A program made the translations under genes and the position numbers. From Candidatus Melainabacteria bacterium (lineage in GTDB: Bacteria; Cyanobacteriota; Vampirovibrionia; Vampirovibrionales; JAJTHC01), in contig JANRKP010000031.1 in NCBI GenBank assembly GCA_033763415.1, positions 10,202 to 74,201 on the forward strand: a stretch of DNA of 64,000 nucleotides, given 5' to 3'. Shown here in pieces: positions 18,982-28,467 of this stretch; position 1 is the stretch's first letter, and every line of letters starts with the position of its first letter. The notes under the pieces are model-generated. The model ran no database searches. It saw only the letters and a program-made list of their open reading frames with translations, and was not told the DNA's origin.

Positions 18982-19971
18982 CTATGCGTTGGGGTGGGAA
19001 TCGTCCGAAGAGGCGTTCGCGTCTGGATTGGGTTCCTGTCCGGGTGTTGTGTCGGTTCCAGTCCAGCCCATCTGCTGTAAGCCACGCATCAGGTCCTGAG
19101 TGGAGCCTACCCCGATGTCGCCTTCAGCGGCATCTTCTACCCGCATGGCCCAATCTAACCATGGGCTGATAGGGCTGGTTTTTTCTTCCGGGGAGGGCGT
19201 GGGCGTGGGGGTTGCCGGAATGCTAAGAGCCTCTTGTGGGTCTCCAAACACTTCCCCGTCCAAAAAGGCCTGAATCAAATCAATCATGGAAGCGGGCGAG
19301 TCATCCGGCCCACCCAGGCCGATCATGGTCAAACCGTTTGGCGTTGTCATCAGGGTGGCCTGAACGACTCTCACGGTATAGTCCAGGGCCGGAATGTCCT
19401 CTACTGAGCGGTAGCCCTCTTCTTTCATGGTCTGGCGGGCCACCTGCTCAAACAGGTCCGGGTTTTGCTCAATCAGCTTGGGCCAGGAAATATCGTGTTG
19501 CTTTAAAAAGGCGCTTAATTCTTCGGTTGCGTGCTGCATCGAGCCCAATGCCTGGTCACGATTCGCTTCCGGTTCATTCAGCTCACGAATGGCGCGCTCA
19601 CCGGCTTCCAGCTTTTGGGTCAATACCGGCAGAAGTGCGTCTTTTTGTTCTGGCATTAACGCCCCAAGCACCCCTTGCAAAAAGCGGTTGGCTGTTTGCC
19701 GCGTGAGTGTCACCACGTGCTCCAGGCCGGAAATGTTGTCGTCTTTTATCAGGATGGCGGTCGTGTAAATGCTGTCTGGCTCAGTCGAATTAAGCTCTTC
19801 GCTCTCGTGTCGGTTCATAAAGCGGTCTGGCGCTGTTCGGTCAATTTGCATGATTTCCATGGCCTGATCCGCATCGCCACCGTTGGCCGTATGGCGAAAC
19901 ATGCCTGTAAAACGGGCTTCAGCCTTGGGGGCCGTCGATACAGAAAATCCAGAGACACCCTGTAGATTCAT
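18982..19971 (-). CDS. hypothetical acidic soluble protein (329 aa)
   Basis: ATG 19971 lies 10 nt after TAGGAG. There is no TM segment and no family signature. The N-terminus is MNLQGVSGFSVSTAPKAEARFTG. Confidence 0.55.
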   Translation of the reverse strand: MNLQGVSGFSVSTAPKAEARFTGMFRHTANGGDADQAMEIMQIDRTAPDRFMNRHESEELNSTEPDSIYTTAILIKDDNISGLEHVVTLTRQTANRFLQGVLGALMPEQKDALLPVLTQKLEAGERAIRELNEPEANRDQALGSMQHATEELSAFLKQHDISWPKLIEQNPDLFEQVARQTMKEEGYRSVEDIPALDYTVRVVQATLMTTPNGLTMIGLGGPDDSPASMIDLIQAFLDGEVFGDPQEALSIPATPTPTPSPEEKTSPISPWLDWAMRVEDAAEGDIGVGSTQDLMRGLQQMGWTGTDTTPGQEPNPDANASSDDSHPNA

Positions 19972-20121
19972 TTCATCAGTACTCCTAAAACGGGGTTGCT
20001 CGCAACAGTTTTTGTCATGGACCCAAAGACATCGCTGAAAAAAACATCGCCGATTGATTGAACGATACTCTATTGAGCGATACTAAAAAGTACTTAACTT
20101 TTACTTTAATAGCAGTTTGTG

Positions 20122-20152
20122 TGCAAGCCCCACCCCACTGCAAGCCCACCAC
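20122..20152. repeat. imperfect ~15-17-nt x2 tandem repeat
   Basis: TGCAAGCCCCACCCCAC / TGCAAGCCCACCAC. Confidence 0.6.
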
Positions 20153-20379
20153 AAAGACACAATAACGAGCCGTTTTATTGGCGCCATTGCGCAAAAAGTC
20201 CGGCCACCTCCAGGGTTCCTTCACCTAGAGGGCGGACGAAGCCCGAAGGTTTATGTTAAGCTCAACGCATTGTTTTTTACCTGGTTTTAAAAACCTACAT
20301 TTTCGCCCGCGCAACCAACCCGAGTTTTACCCTGGTTGCAAACCCTGCCCAAAGCTTGCACGCAATAGAGAGGCTTCGG

Positions 20380-22557
20380 ATGAGCACCGTTTCCTTGCCG
20401 GAAACAGAACTATTGAAAGTCCTCCCGGGTTGTCCGTATCCGTTGGGGGCAAGTTGGGATGGCGAGGGCGTCAATTTTGCCCTGTTTTCTCAGCATGCAA
20501 CCCGCGTGGAACTGTGCCTGTTTGAAGGGCCGCAGTCGCGCCGAGAAAGTATTCGCATTGTTCTGCCGGAACGAACCAACTCTATCTGGCACGGCTATCT
20601 GCCGGGGCTTCGGCCAGGCCAGTGCTACGGCTACCGGGTGTATGGTCCCTATCAGCCCGAATTGGGCCACCGGTTTAACCCGCACAAAGTGTTGCTCGAT
20701 CCCTACGCGCGGGCGGTGGCTCGGCCGTTGCACTGGCACGATTCGCTCTACGGATACAAGCTGGGCGGCAGTAAAACCGATCTCCAACCCGACAGCCGTG
20801 ACAGCGCCAGCCATATTCCGCTGGCAGTGGTTACAGATAACGCTTTTGACTGGCAGGGCGACAATCGGCCCAACGTTCCGTGGGAAAAAACCATTCTGTA
20901 CGAAGCCCACGTGAAAGGCATCAGCTTTCTGCACCCGGAGGTCCCCGAAGCACTGCGTGGGACCTATGCCGGACTGGCCCATCCTGCGGTCATCAATCAC
21001 CTAAAGCAACTGGGCGTTACCACCGTGGAGCTGCTGCCCGTGCATTTTTACGCGGATGAGCAATACCAGGTGAACCGGGGCTTTGTGAACTACTGGGGCT
21101 ATAACACGCTGGGCTTTTTTGCCCCGGAACCCCGCTACGCCAGTGATGCTAACCCCCAGGCGCAGGTCAACGAGTTTAAGGCGATGGTTAAAGCCCTGCA
21201 CCAGGACGGGCTGGAAGTGGTGCTGGATGTTGTATACAACCATACGGCCGAAGGCAACCGGTTGGGTCCCACCCTCAGTATGAAAGGCATCGACAACCGC
21301 AGCTATTACCGCCTGTCGGATCAGGACCCGCGCTACTATATGGACTTTACCGGCGTGGGTAACACCCTGAACACCGAGCATCCGCAAGTGCTCCAACTGG
21401 TATTGGATAGCCTGCGGTACTGGGTGGAAGAGATGCACGTGGATGGTTTTCGGTTTGATTTGGCCAGCGCCCTGGCCCGAGAGCACTACGATTTTGATGC
21501 CAATGGCGGGTTTTTGCGGGCCGTTTACCAGGATCCGGTGTTGTCTCGGGTGAAGCTGATTGCCGAACCCTGGGATGTTGGCATGGGTGGCTATCAAGTG
21601 GGTCATTTCCCGGCCCCGTGGGCGGAGTGGAATGGCCCTTACCGAGACGACATCCGCCAGTTTTGGACGCCTCAGGGTGGCTCGCTGAGTCAGTTGGCCA
21701 CGCGACTGGCTGGTAGCAGCGATCTGTTTCAGTGGTCGGGTCGGCGCCCGCAGGCCAGCGTCAACTTTATTACCTGCCACGATGGCTTTACCCTGCAAGA
21801 CCTGGTGAGCTACAACCAAAAGCACAACCAGGCCAACGGGGAGGAGAACCGAGATGGTTCCGATGACAACCGCAGTTGGAATGGTGGGGTGGAGGGTCCT
21901 ACGGAGGATCCTGCCATTTTGGCCTTGCGGCGCCGACAAAAACGCAACCTGATGGCCACCTTGTTCTTCTCCTTGGGCATGCCAATGATGCTGGCTGGAG
22001 ACGAACTGAGCCGCAGCCAGCAGGGCAACAACAACACCTATTGCCAGGACAACGCCCTAAACTGGTTTGATTGGAATTTGGAAGCACCGGAAAAGGCGGC
22101 TTTTCTGGCTTACATGCAGCGGCTCATCCGCATTCGACAGCAGGAACCCGTCTTTCAGCGGCGGCAGTTTTATCGCCACGGACACGACCAGGTAACCGGC
22201 ATTCACGACGTGGTGTGGCTGCACCCGAATAATCACGATATGACTGTGGACGACTGGCATAATTCCGCCCTACGGGCCATGGGGGTGTTGATTGATGGAC
22301 GCGCCCTGTTGCAAATGGATGTCAACGGCGATCTGTTGGAGGCCAACACGCTGCTGATCCTGTTTAACGGCGGCGATCTGGAAATGCCGTTCCATTTGCC
22401 CAGCCACCCCACGCGGCAAAACTGGGAGTTGTTGCTCGATACGGTTTATGAGGATGGCGCGCCGCAACCGCAGCAGGTTTTTTACGAGCCAGGGCAGGTT
22501 TTTCCGCTCACTGGCAGACGCGTGGTGCTGTTCAAACTCTCGCCGTTGGTAGGATAA
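20380..22557 (+). CDS. glgX: glycogen debranching enzyme (GH13, GlgX-type)
   Basis: YPLGASWDGEGVNFALFS at the N-terminus, plus GH13 regions VVLDVVYNHT, DGFRFDLAS, EPWD and FITCHDGFTL. Confidence 0.9.
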   Translation: MSTVSLPETELLKVLPGCPYPLGASWDGEGVNFALFSQHATRVELCLFEGPQSRRESIRIVLPERTNSIWHGYLPGLRPGQCYGYRVYGPYQPELGHRFNPHKVLLDPYARAVARPLHWHDSLYGYKLGGSKTDLQPDSRDSASHIPLAVVTDNAFDWQGDNRPNVPWEKTILYEAHVKGISFLHPEVPEALRGTYAGLAHPAVINHLKQLGVTTVELLPVHFYADEQYQVNRGFVNYWGYNTLGFFAPEPRYASDANPQAQVNEFKAMVKALHQDGLEVVLDVVYNHTAEGNRLGPTLSMKGIDNRSYYRLSDQDPRYYMDFTGVGNTLNTEHPQVLQLVLDSLRYWVEEMHVDGFRFDLASALAREHYDFDANGGFLRAVYQDPVLSRVKLIAEPWDVGMGGYQVGHFPAPWAEWNGPYRDDIRQFWTPQGGSLSQLATRLAGSSDLFQWSGRRPQASVNFITCHDGFTLQDLVSYNQKHNQANGEENRDGSDDNRSWNGGVEGPTEDPAILALRRRQKRNLMATLFFSLGMPMMLAGDELSRSQQGNNNTYCQDNALNWFDWNLEAPEKAAFLAYMQRLIRIRQQEPVFQRRQFYRHGHDQVTGIHDVVWLHPNNHDMTVDDWHNSALRAMGVLIDGRALLQMDVNGDLLEANTLLILFNGGDLEMPFHLPSHPTRQNWELLLDTVYEDGAPQPQQVFYEPGQVFPLTGRRVVLFKLSPLVG

Positions 22558-22629
22558 TATATCCAACCGCGCGTTCGCCGCGCTCAGAGGCTTTCAATCA
22601 AAAGCGTTCATTATAGGCATTCACTTGCG

Positions 22630-23544
22630 TTGACACACTGTCACCACCACCACCATCATCATCACGCCAGCACACAACCGCAGCCCACCCGGCGGTTGTT
22701 CTGGGTGTTTTTACTCACCGTTTTCTATTTGGCCGTCGAGGTGGTGGGCGGTTTCATGACGGGCAGTTTGTCACTGATGGCCGATGCCGGGCATATGTTC
22801 ACCGATGCGGGCTCTTTGGCGCTGGCGCTGTTTGCCGCCTGGTTCAGTCGGCGAAACCCACCCAACACAGCCCACACCTATGGCTACTACCGGCTGGAGG
22901 TGCTGGCGGCGTTTGTGAACGGTCTGCTGCTACTGCTGGTGGTTTTCGGCATTCTGTGGGAAGGGCTCCAGCGACTCTGGCACCCTTCCACCGTTGCCGC
23001 CGAAGGCATGCTGGTGGTTGCTGTGGGTGGTCTATTGGTTAACCTGCTGGCCCTGCGTTTGTTGCACACCAATGCGCAGGAAAACCTCAACGTTCGTGGC
23101 GCCTATTTACACATACTGGGCGATTTGTTTGGCAGTGTGGCGGCCATTGTTGCCGGAATATTGATGTGGCAATGGGGCTGGTGGCTGGCCGATCCGCTGT
23201 GTAGCCTGTTGGTTTCTGGCCTGATTAGCCTGAGCGCCGTTCGACTGATTCGAGAGTCGGCCGACGTGTTGCTGGAATCCAGCCCGGCCCACGTGCCTTT
23301 GGAAGCGGTGGTGCAGGCCATTGCCGAGACCCCTGGGGTGCTTTCTGTGCACGATCTGCACGTGTGGACCATCAGCAACGACAACACGGCCCTTTCTGCC
23401 CACGTGGTGGTGACGCCCGAACATTTAAACCTGGACACCCTGGGCCGCTTGCACCAACTGCTGCAAGAACGATTTTCCCTCAAACACCTGACGCTTCAGT
23501 TGGAAACGGCGCATTTTCGAGCAGATTGGCTGCCGCACGGCTGA
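22630..23544 (+). CDS. cation diffusion facilitator family metal exporter (CzcD/ZitB-like)
   Basis: His-rich N-terminus, six TM helices, H-x3-D motifs (HMFTDAGSL, HILGDLFGS) and a C-terminal cytoplasmic domain. TTG start. Confidence 0.85.
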   Translation: MTHCHHHHHHHHASTQPQPTRRLFWVFLLTVFYLAVEVVGGFMTGSLSLMADAGHMFTDAGSLALALFAAWFSRRNPPNTAHTYGYYRLEVLAAFVNGLLLLLVVFGILWEGLQRLWHPSTVAAEGMLVVAVGGLLVNLLALRLLHTNAQENLNVRGAYLHILGDLFGSVAAIVAGILMWQWGWWLADPLCSLLVSGLISLSAVRLIRESADVLLESSPAHVPLEAVVQAIAETPGVLSVHDLHVWTISNDNTALSAHVVVTPEHLNLDTLGRLHQLLQERFSLKHLTLQLETAHFRADWLPHG

Positions 23545-23677
23545 TTCAATGCTTTCGCGGGGCAGTTCCTCGGCGTAAGAAGCGCAAAGACAGGCGTTTA
23601 GACAGAACGCAATGACTGAGCGAGCACCGCAGCAACAGCAAAAATGCCCGTAAAAAACATGGAATGTCGGTACGACC
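23545..23677 (+). repeat. dispersed intergenic repeat, copy A
   Basis: It aligns over ~135 nt with the reverse complement of copy C. Shared blocks are ATTCAATGCTTTCGCGG .. TTTAGACAGAAC .. ACTGAGCGAGCA .. GCAACAGCAAAAATG .. GGAATGTC. Confidence 0.8.
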
Positions 23678-23828
23678 AAGGCACAATTTCTGGAAAATCA
23701 GAGCAGAGTGTCCGCCTCAGGGATGGCATTGGAATGGTTTCCTGATACAATGCGGCATACTGATGAAAACCGTTGAGAGCGATGCGCGTTTAGGGCATCA
23801 GCACAAGGAAGGAGCACAGGAGCGGGCA

Positions 23829-26342
23829 ATGACCTCGATTCTTCAGCGAGATGGGTATCAGCCACAGGCGATCGAGGATCGTTGGCAGCAAGACTGGTTG
23901 TCTCAGGGGCTCTACCGCACGGAGACGGCAGCGGTGCCCGCAGGCCAGAAGAAGTTCTATGCGCTCTCCATGTTTCCTTACCCTTCCGGGCGTTTGCATA
24001 TGGGGCATGTGCGCAACTACACCATTACGGATGTGATTGCCCGGTTTAAGCGAATGCAGGGCTATGCGGTCCTGCACCCCATGGGCTGGGATAGTTTCGG
24101 TCTTCCGGCGGAAAATGCTGCCATTCAACGCGGTATTAACCCCAAGGATTGGACGTTTGATAACATCGAGAATATGCGCCAGCAGTTGCAGCGCCTGGGC
24201 CTTGCCTACGATTGGGACCGAGAGCTGTTTACCTGCCGAGAGGACTATTACCGGTGGACCCAGTGGGTGTTCTTGTATTTATACAAGCGTGGCCTGGCCT
24301 ATAAAAAAGAGGCACCCGTTAACTGGGATCCTGTCGATCAGACCGTATTGGCCAACGAACAGGTGATTGACGGGCGCAGTTGGCGCTCTGGGGCGCTGGT
24401 GGAGCGCCGCTACATGAGCCAGTGGTTTTTTAAAATTACCGCCTATGCCGATAAGTTGCTGGATAACTTGCCGGAACTCACGGGTTGGCCGGACCGTGTC
24501 AAAACAATGCAACGGAACTGGATCGATCGTTCCACTGGGGCAGAGGTGTGCTTTAAAACCCAGGATGGCCTGCATGGTATTGATGTATTTACCACGCGAC
24601 CCGACACGATTTTTGGCGCCACGTTTATGGTGCTGGCCCCGGAGCATCCGTTGGTGGGACACCTGACCACGGCGGAGCAGGCCGCGGCGGTTGCGGCATA
24701 CCGAGAGCAGGCCAAACTGAAAACGGAAATGGAGCGCACGGCAACGGATCGTCAGAAAACGGGCGTTTTTACGGGGGGGTATGCCATAAACCCCTACACC
24801 CAAAAGCCTGTGCCGGTATGGATTGCCGATTATGTGCTTTTAGAGTACGGCACTGGTGCCATCATGGCCGTACCTGCGCACGATGAGCGCGACTTTGCCT
24901 TTGCCAAACAGTACGGTCTTTCGATCGTGCCGGTCATTCAGGATCCCAACGCCCCTGTTGATCCAGAGCAACCCTACACCGGCCCTGGCGTGTTGATCAA
25001 TTCCTCAAGCTACGACGGCCTGTCTTCTGAGGCGGCCAAGGCCAGCATTATTCAGGCGGCAGAAGCCGGTGGGTTTGGCAAGGCGCGCGTTCAATACCGC
25101 TTGCGCGACTGGTTGGTCTCTCGGCAACGTTACTGGGGTGCGCCAATTCCGGTGGTGCATTGCGAGCAGTGTGGAACGGTTCCGGTCCCGGAAAATCAAC
25201 TGCCCGTATTGCTGCCAGAAGATGTGGACTTCCAGGCCAAAGGAAAATCGCCCTTGGCCACCTCGGCGCAATTTTTAAACACCTCCTGCCCAGACTGCGG
25301 CGGACCCGCCACCCGCGAGGTGGACACCATGGATACCTTTGTGTGTAGCTCCTGGTACTACTTGCGCTTTTTAGACCCGCATAACACGGAAAAGCCCTTT
25401 GACCCTGCCGTGGTGGCCCGCTGGATGCCAGTAGACCAGTACGTGGGCGGTATTGAGCACGCCATTCTTCACCTGCTTTACAGCCGGTTTTTAATGATGG
25501 CCCTGCACGATGGAGACTGGACCGGCCCGCACAAGGAACCGTTCGCCAAATTGCTCACCCAGGGCATGGTGCTAAAAGACGGCGCCAAAATGAGTAAATC
25601 CAAGGGCAACATTGTGGACCCGGATGATATTTTGGCCGAATTTGGGGCCGATACCGCCCGGTTTTTTATTATGAGCGATTCACCCCCCGAAGCCGACTTT
25701 GACTGGAAGGACACGGCCGTGGAGGGCTGCTTTAAGTTCCTCAACAAGGTCTGGCGCGTGGTGATGGATCAACGCGCCGTTATCCAGTTGGGGGCCTCTG
25801 TGCCTGCCTACGAGGCGATGGACGCCGATCAGCGCAGCCTTTATCAACTGATCAATAAAACCATTGATGGCGTGACCCGAGACATTGAGTCGGAATTTCA
25901 ATTCAATACGGTCATTAGTAAAATTCGAGAAATGGTTAACGCGCTGGCCAAAATTACTCCGGTATCCGCCTCAACCTCAGCACAAACGTTGCCAATCGAT
26001 CCGCTGTACAGTTTGGCGGTGGAAGCCCTGCTCAAGCTACTGGCGCCCATTACGCCCCACATTGCAGAAGAGTTGTGGCAACGTTTGGGCGCTCATGGGT
26101 CTATTCATCAAACAGCTTGGCCGGTGGCAGACACTAACGCATTGATGGCCGACACCGTGGAAGTGGTGGTGCAGGTTAACGGAAAAGTGCGCGATAAATT
26201 TACCGCACCCAGCCAAACGCCCAACGAGGCACTGGAGACCACCGCACGTCAGTTGGAGAAAATCCAGGCGCACCTGGCGGGAAAGCAATTGCTGAAAGTG
26301 GTGGTGGTGCCCAACAAACTGGTTAATTTTGTGGTGAAGTAG
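23829..26342 (+). CDS. leuS: leucine--tRNA ligase
   Basis: PYPSGRLHMGHVRNY (HIGH motif), KMSKSKGN (KMSKS motif) and a CP1 editing domain. ATG 23829 follows AAGGAAGGAG; the upstream part of the tracked ORF covers a repeat element. Confidence 0.95.
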   Translation: MTSILQRDGYQPQAIEDRWQQDWLSQGLYRTETAAVPAGQKKFYALSMFPYPSGRLHMGHVRNYTITDVIARFKRMQGYAVLHPMGWDSFGLPAENAAIQRGINPKDWTFDNIENMRQQLQRLGLAYDWDRELFTCREDYYRWTQWVFLYLYKRGLAYKKEAPVNWDPVDQTVLANEQVIDGRSWRSGALVERRYMSQWFFKITAYADKLLDNLPELTGWPDRVKTMQRNWIDRSTGAEVCFKTQDGLHGIDVFTTRPDTIFGATFMVLAPEHPLVGHLTTAEQAAAVAAYREQAKLKTEMERTATDRQKTGVFTGGYAINPYTQKPVPVWIADYVLLEYGTGAIMAVPAHDERDFAFAKQYGLSIVPVIQDPNAPVDPEQPYTGPGVLINSSSYDGLSSEAAKASIIQAAEAGGFGKARVQYRLRDWLVSRQRYWGAPIPVVHCEQCGTVPVPENQLPVLLPEDVDFQAKGKSPLATSAQFLNTSCPDCGGPATREVDTMDTFVCSSWYYLRFLDPHNTEKPFDPAVVARWMPVDQYVGGIEHAILHLLYSRFLMMALHDGDWTGPHKEPFAKLLTQGMVLKDGAKMSKSKGNIVDPDDILAEFGADTARFFIMSDSPPEADFDWKDTAVEGCFKFLNKVWRVVMDQRAVIQLGASVPAYEAMDADQRSLYQLINKTIDGVTRDIESEFQFNTVISKIREMVNALAKITPVSASTSAQTLPIDPLYSLAVEALLKLLAPITPHIAEELWQRLGAHGSIHQTAWPVADTNALMADTVEVVVQVNGKVRDKFTAPSQTPNEALETTARQLEKIQAHLAGKQLLKVVVVPNKLVNFVVK

Positions 26343-26357
26343 CCCTTCATTCTTCAA

Positions 26358-26391
26358 GCCTAGAAGGAGAAGAAGCCTTCCCCTTCTAGGC
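26358..26391. terminator. strong hairpin between convergent leuS and pepA (candidate bidirectional terminator)
   Basis: GCCTAGAAGG / CCTTCTAGGC form a 10-bp stem, extended by GAAG/CTTC. No clear U tract on either strand. Confidence 0.5.
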
Positions 26392-26413
26392 GGCGAACGA
26401 AAACCCTACAATC

Positions 26414-27994
26414 CTATTTGGGGTTGCTTGCCACATCCAGCACAAAACGGATGAGCGTTTTCTGGCTAATGCCGGTTGCCTTTTCGTCTTTGGTCATATC
26501 GGCGCCAGCAATGTCTAGGTGCACCATTGGCAATCCTTCGGGCGCTCCACTCATTACAAAAGCTGCTGCCGTTTGTGCCCCTCGGTTTTCGCCCTGGTTG
26601 GTGTTAATCAGGTCGGCGGCGTCCATTTTGCTTTTAATGTTTTCGTAGTCTTCATCCACCACTTCCAGCGTTTGTACGGGGTCTCCCACCGCCAGTGCCG
26701 CTGCATGGACCCGATCTCGCCATTGCACGTTGTTGCCCATCAGGGCAATGGTGCGTCCCACCGCCCGCATGGCCGCCCCGGTCAGGGTGGCGATGGTTAA
26801 AATCATGTCGGGTTCCGTATCGGCTGCGGCCTTGGCCACCGCATCAATCAAGGTTAAGCGGCCCTCGGCGTCCGTGTGGCGAATTTCCACCCGTTTGCCA
26901 CAGGTGCTCTTTACCACGGAATCTGGAATCATGGCATGGCTGTCGATCAGGTTGGGGGTTGCCGCCAGGTAAGCGCTCACCTGAATATCCGGCTGAAGTT
27001 CCGCCAACGCCGCCATGGTGGCAAGTACGGTGGCGCCACCCGCCATATCCCCTTTCATGGTGACCATACTGTTGCCCGGCTTTACCTGATAACCACCGGT
27101 GTCGAAAATAACGCTTTTGCCCACCAGTACCAAATGCGTTTTACTTTTACCCCCCTTTGGCTTGTAGTGAAGGGTAATAAACTTGGGCGGATCGCTGGCC
27201 ACGGCCCCGCGCGCCACGGAGAAAAACGCGGGCATCTCGCGCTCAATCCACGCAATATCCGACTCGACCTGAACCGTAATGCCCGGCTTTTTGGCCAGCG
27301 CCTGGGCCGCTTCCACCAGCGTGGTGGTTCGCTTCAGGTTGGCAGGCATGTTGATTAAATCTTTTGAGAGGGATTTGGCCCGAGCCATTGCCTCGCCAAT
27401 GGTTAAGGACTGTTCATCGGCCTTGGTGGGCTTGTGGGGGAGCAGCAGTGTTACATCCCAGCGTTCTCTCGGGGGCTTTTTGGCCTCTGCGGACTGATAG
27501 GTCGCCTCATAAATCGCGTCTGCCGCCAGTTCAATCACAGACGCAAAGCTCAGCGCCTCCGGCAGTTCGGGCAACAACAAACCAAGGTGATCGATGGCCT
27601 TATTTTTGAGGCAGCGTTTTAAGCCCGCCACCCAAGCCTTGCCCAAGGCTTCCAGGGTTAGTTTGTTACTGCGGCCCAAGCCGAGCAACACAACCCGCTT
27701 TGCAGAATCGGCCCCGTCTCGTAACAGCAGGGTACTTCCCAGGGCCGCGTCAAACTCGCCTTCGGTAACGGCGGTATCATACCCGGGACGGATGGAAACG
27801 GTTTCATCCAACAGGCTGAGCAAGTTGTTCCAACCCGCCTGCCAAGCGGAAGCCGTTGCAGAGGCAGCCGCCGACTTTTTACCCGCTTTCGGGGTGCTTT
27901 GCACTTGAAAGACCGGGGCCAACAGGCCATCCAATCCAAGTTGTTTTGCCTCGGCCCGAGCCAGTTTAATATGAATTGCTTTGGCGGAACCCAT
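26414..27994 (-). CDS. pepA: leucyl aminopeptidase (M17)
   Basis: VGKSVIFDTGGY and HTDAEGRLTL (NTDAEGRL-type motif). ATG 27994 lies 10 nt after GGAGA and is preferred over TTG 28015. Confidence 0.9.
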   Translation of the reverse strand: MGSAKAIHIKLARAEAKQLGLDGLLAPVFQVQSTPKAGKKSAAASATASAWQAGWNNLLSLLDETVSIRPGYDTAVTEGEFDAALGSTLLLRDGADSAKRVVLLGLGRSNKLTLEALGKAWVAGLKRCLKNKAIDHLGLLLPELPEALSFASVIELAADAIYEATYQSAEAKKPPRERWDVTLLLPHKPTKADEQSLTIGEAMARAKSLSKDLINMPANLKRTTTLVEAAQALAKKPGITVQVESDIAWIEREMPAFFSVARGAVASDPPKFITLHYKPKGGKSKTHLVLVGKSVIFDTGGYQVKPGNSMVTMKGDMAGGATVLATMAALAELQPDIQVSAYLAATPNLIDSHAMIPDSVVKSTCGKRVEIRHTDAEGRLTLIDAVAKAAADTEPDMILTIATLTGAAMRAVGRTIALMGNNVQWRDRVHAAALAVGDPVQTLEVVDEDYENIKSKMDAADLINTNQGENRGAQTAAAFVMSGAPEGLPMVHLDIAGADMTKDEKATGISQKTLIRFVLDVASNPK

Positions 27995-28019
27995 CCGAAA
28001 TATCTCTCCATCCAACGGT

Positions 28020-28049
28020 CAAAATCAATACAACCAAAATCAATACAAC
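28020..28049. repeat. perfect 15-nt x2 tandem duplication
   Basis: CAAAATCAATACAAC occurs twice, upstream of pepA. Confidence 0.9.
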
Positions 28050-28124
28050 TAAGGGAAGGGCGTTATAGAAATGGCCGCCCCCCCGCGTTAATAGAACAAA
28101 ACTCAGTGAAGGTGGCGCACCATA

Positions 28125-28156
28125 ACAGTGCTGGAACAGTGCTGGAACAGTGCTGG
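28125..28156. repeat. 11-nt x ~2.9 tandem repeat
   Basis: ACAGTGCTGGA is repeated in tandem. Confidence 0.9.
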
Positions 28157-28317
28157 CGCAAAAAATGAATGCAGCATTCCGTGGTCATCTGGGTGAATCG
28201 TACTTCCATCAAAGTACATTCCTCTGTGTATTGTAAAGTGTTTCAAGGTGTGGCACAACCAACCAATCGACCGCCGTGTTGATTGCAAGAAGCTTCGCTT
28301 TCTCAGACCCTTGGTAC

Positions 28318-28356
28318 TTTGGTTTTTAGCGCGTTTTGGTTTTTAGGCGGTTTGGG
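28318..28356. repeat. 16/17-nt x ~2.3 tandem repeat
   Basis: TTTGGTTTTTAGCGCG / TTTTGGTTTTTAGGCGG / TTTGGG. Confidence 0.85.
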
Positions 28357-28467
28357 CTTTCGCCTCTCGGCCATGTAGACATTCCATTTAGACAGAACTC
28401 AATGCACTGAGCGAGCATGGCAACAACAGCACAAATGACCGTAAAGACGCTGAATGTCTAGACGACC
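28356..28467 (+). repeat. dispersed intergenic repeat, copy B (shorter variant)
   Basis: GCTTTCGC..CTCGGC then TAGACATTCCA-TTTAGACAGAAC-TCAATGCACTGAGCGAGCA-GCAACAACAGCACAAATG-..CTGAATGTCTA. It ends on the stop codon of 28467..30407. Confidence 0.8.

Noticed and set aside
21001-21939. 312-aa ORF antisense to glgX
   Set aside because: It lies fully inside a gene with clear GH13 motifs. It has no motif of its own and its composition is typical of antisense frames.
22630-22680. CHHHHHHHH run at the start of the CDF gene looks like an engineered His-tag
   Set aside because: His-rich N-termini are a natural metal-binding feature of CzcD/ZitB-type transporters. The run uses mixed CAC/CAT codons in native context with no vector-like flanks.
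23545-23828. T-box or other leader riboswitch upstream of leuS
   Set aside because: I found no T-box consensus (AAGGUGGUACCGCG-like) or specifier/antiterminator arrangement. Half of the region is a copy of the dispersed repeat.
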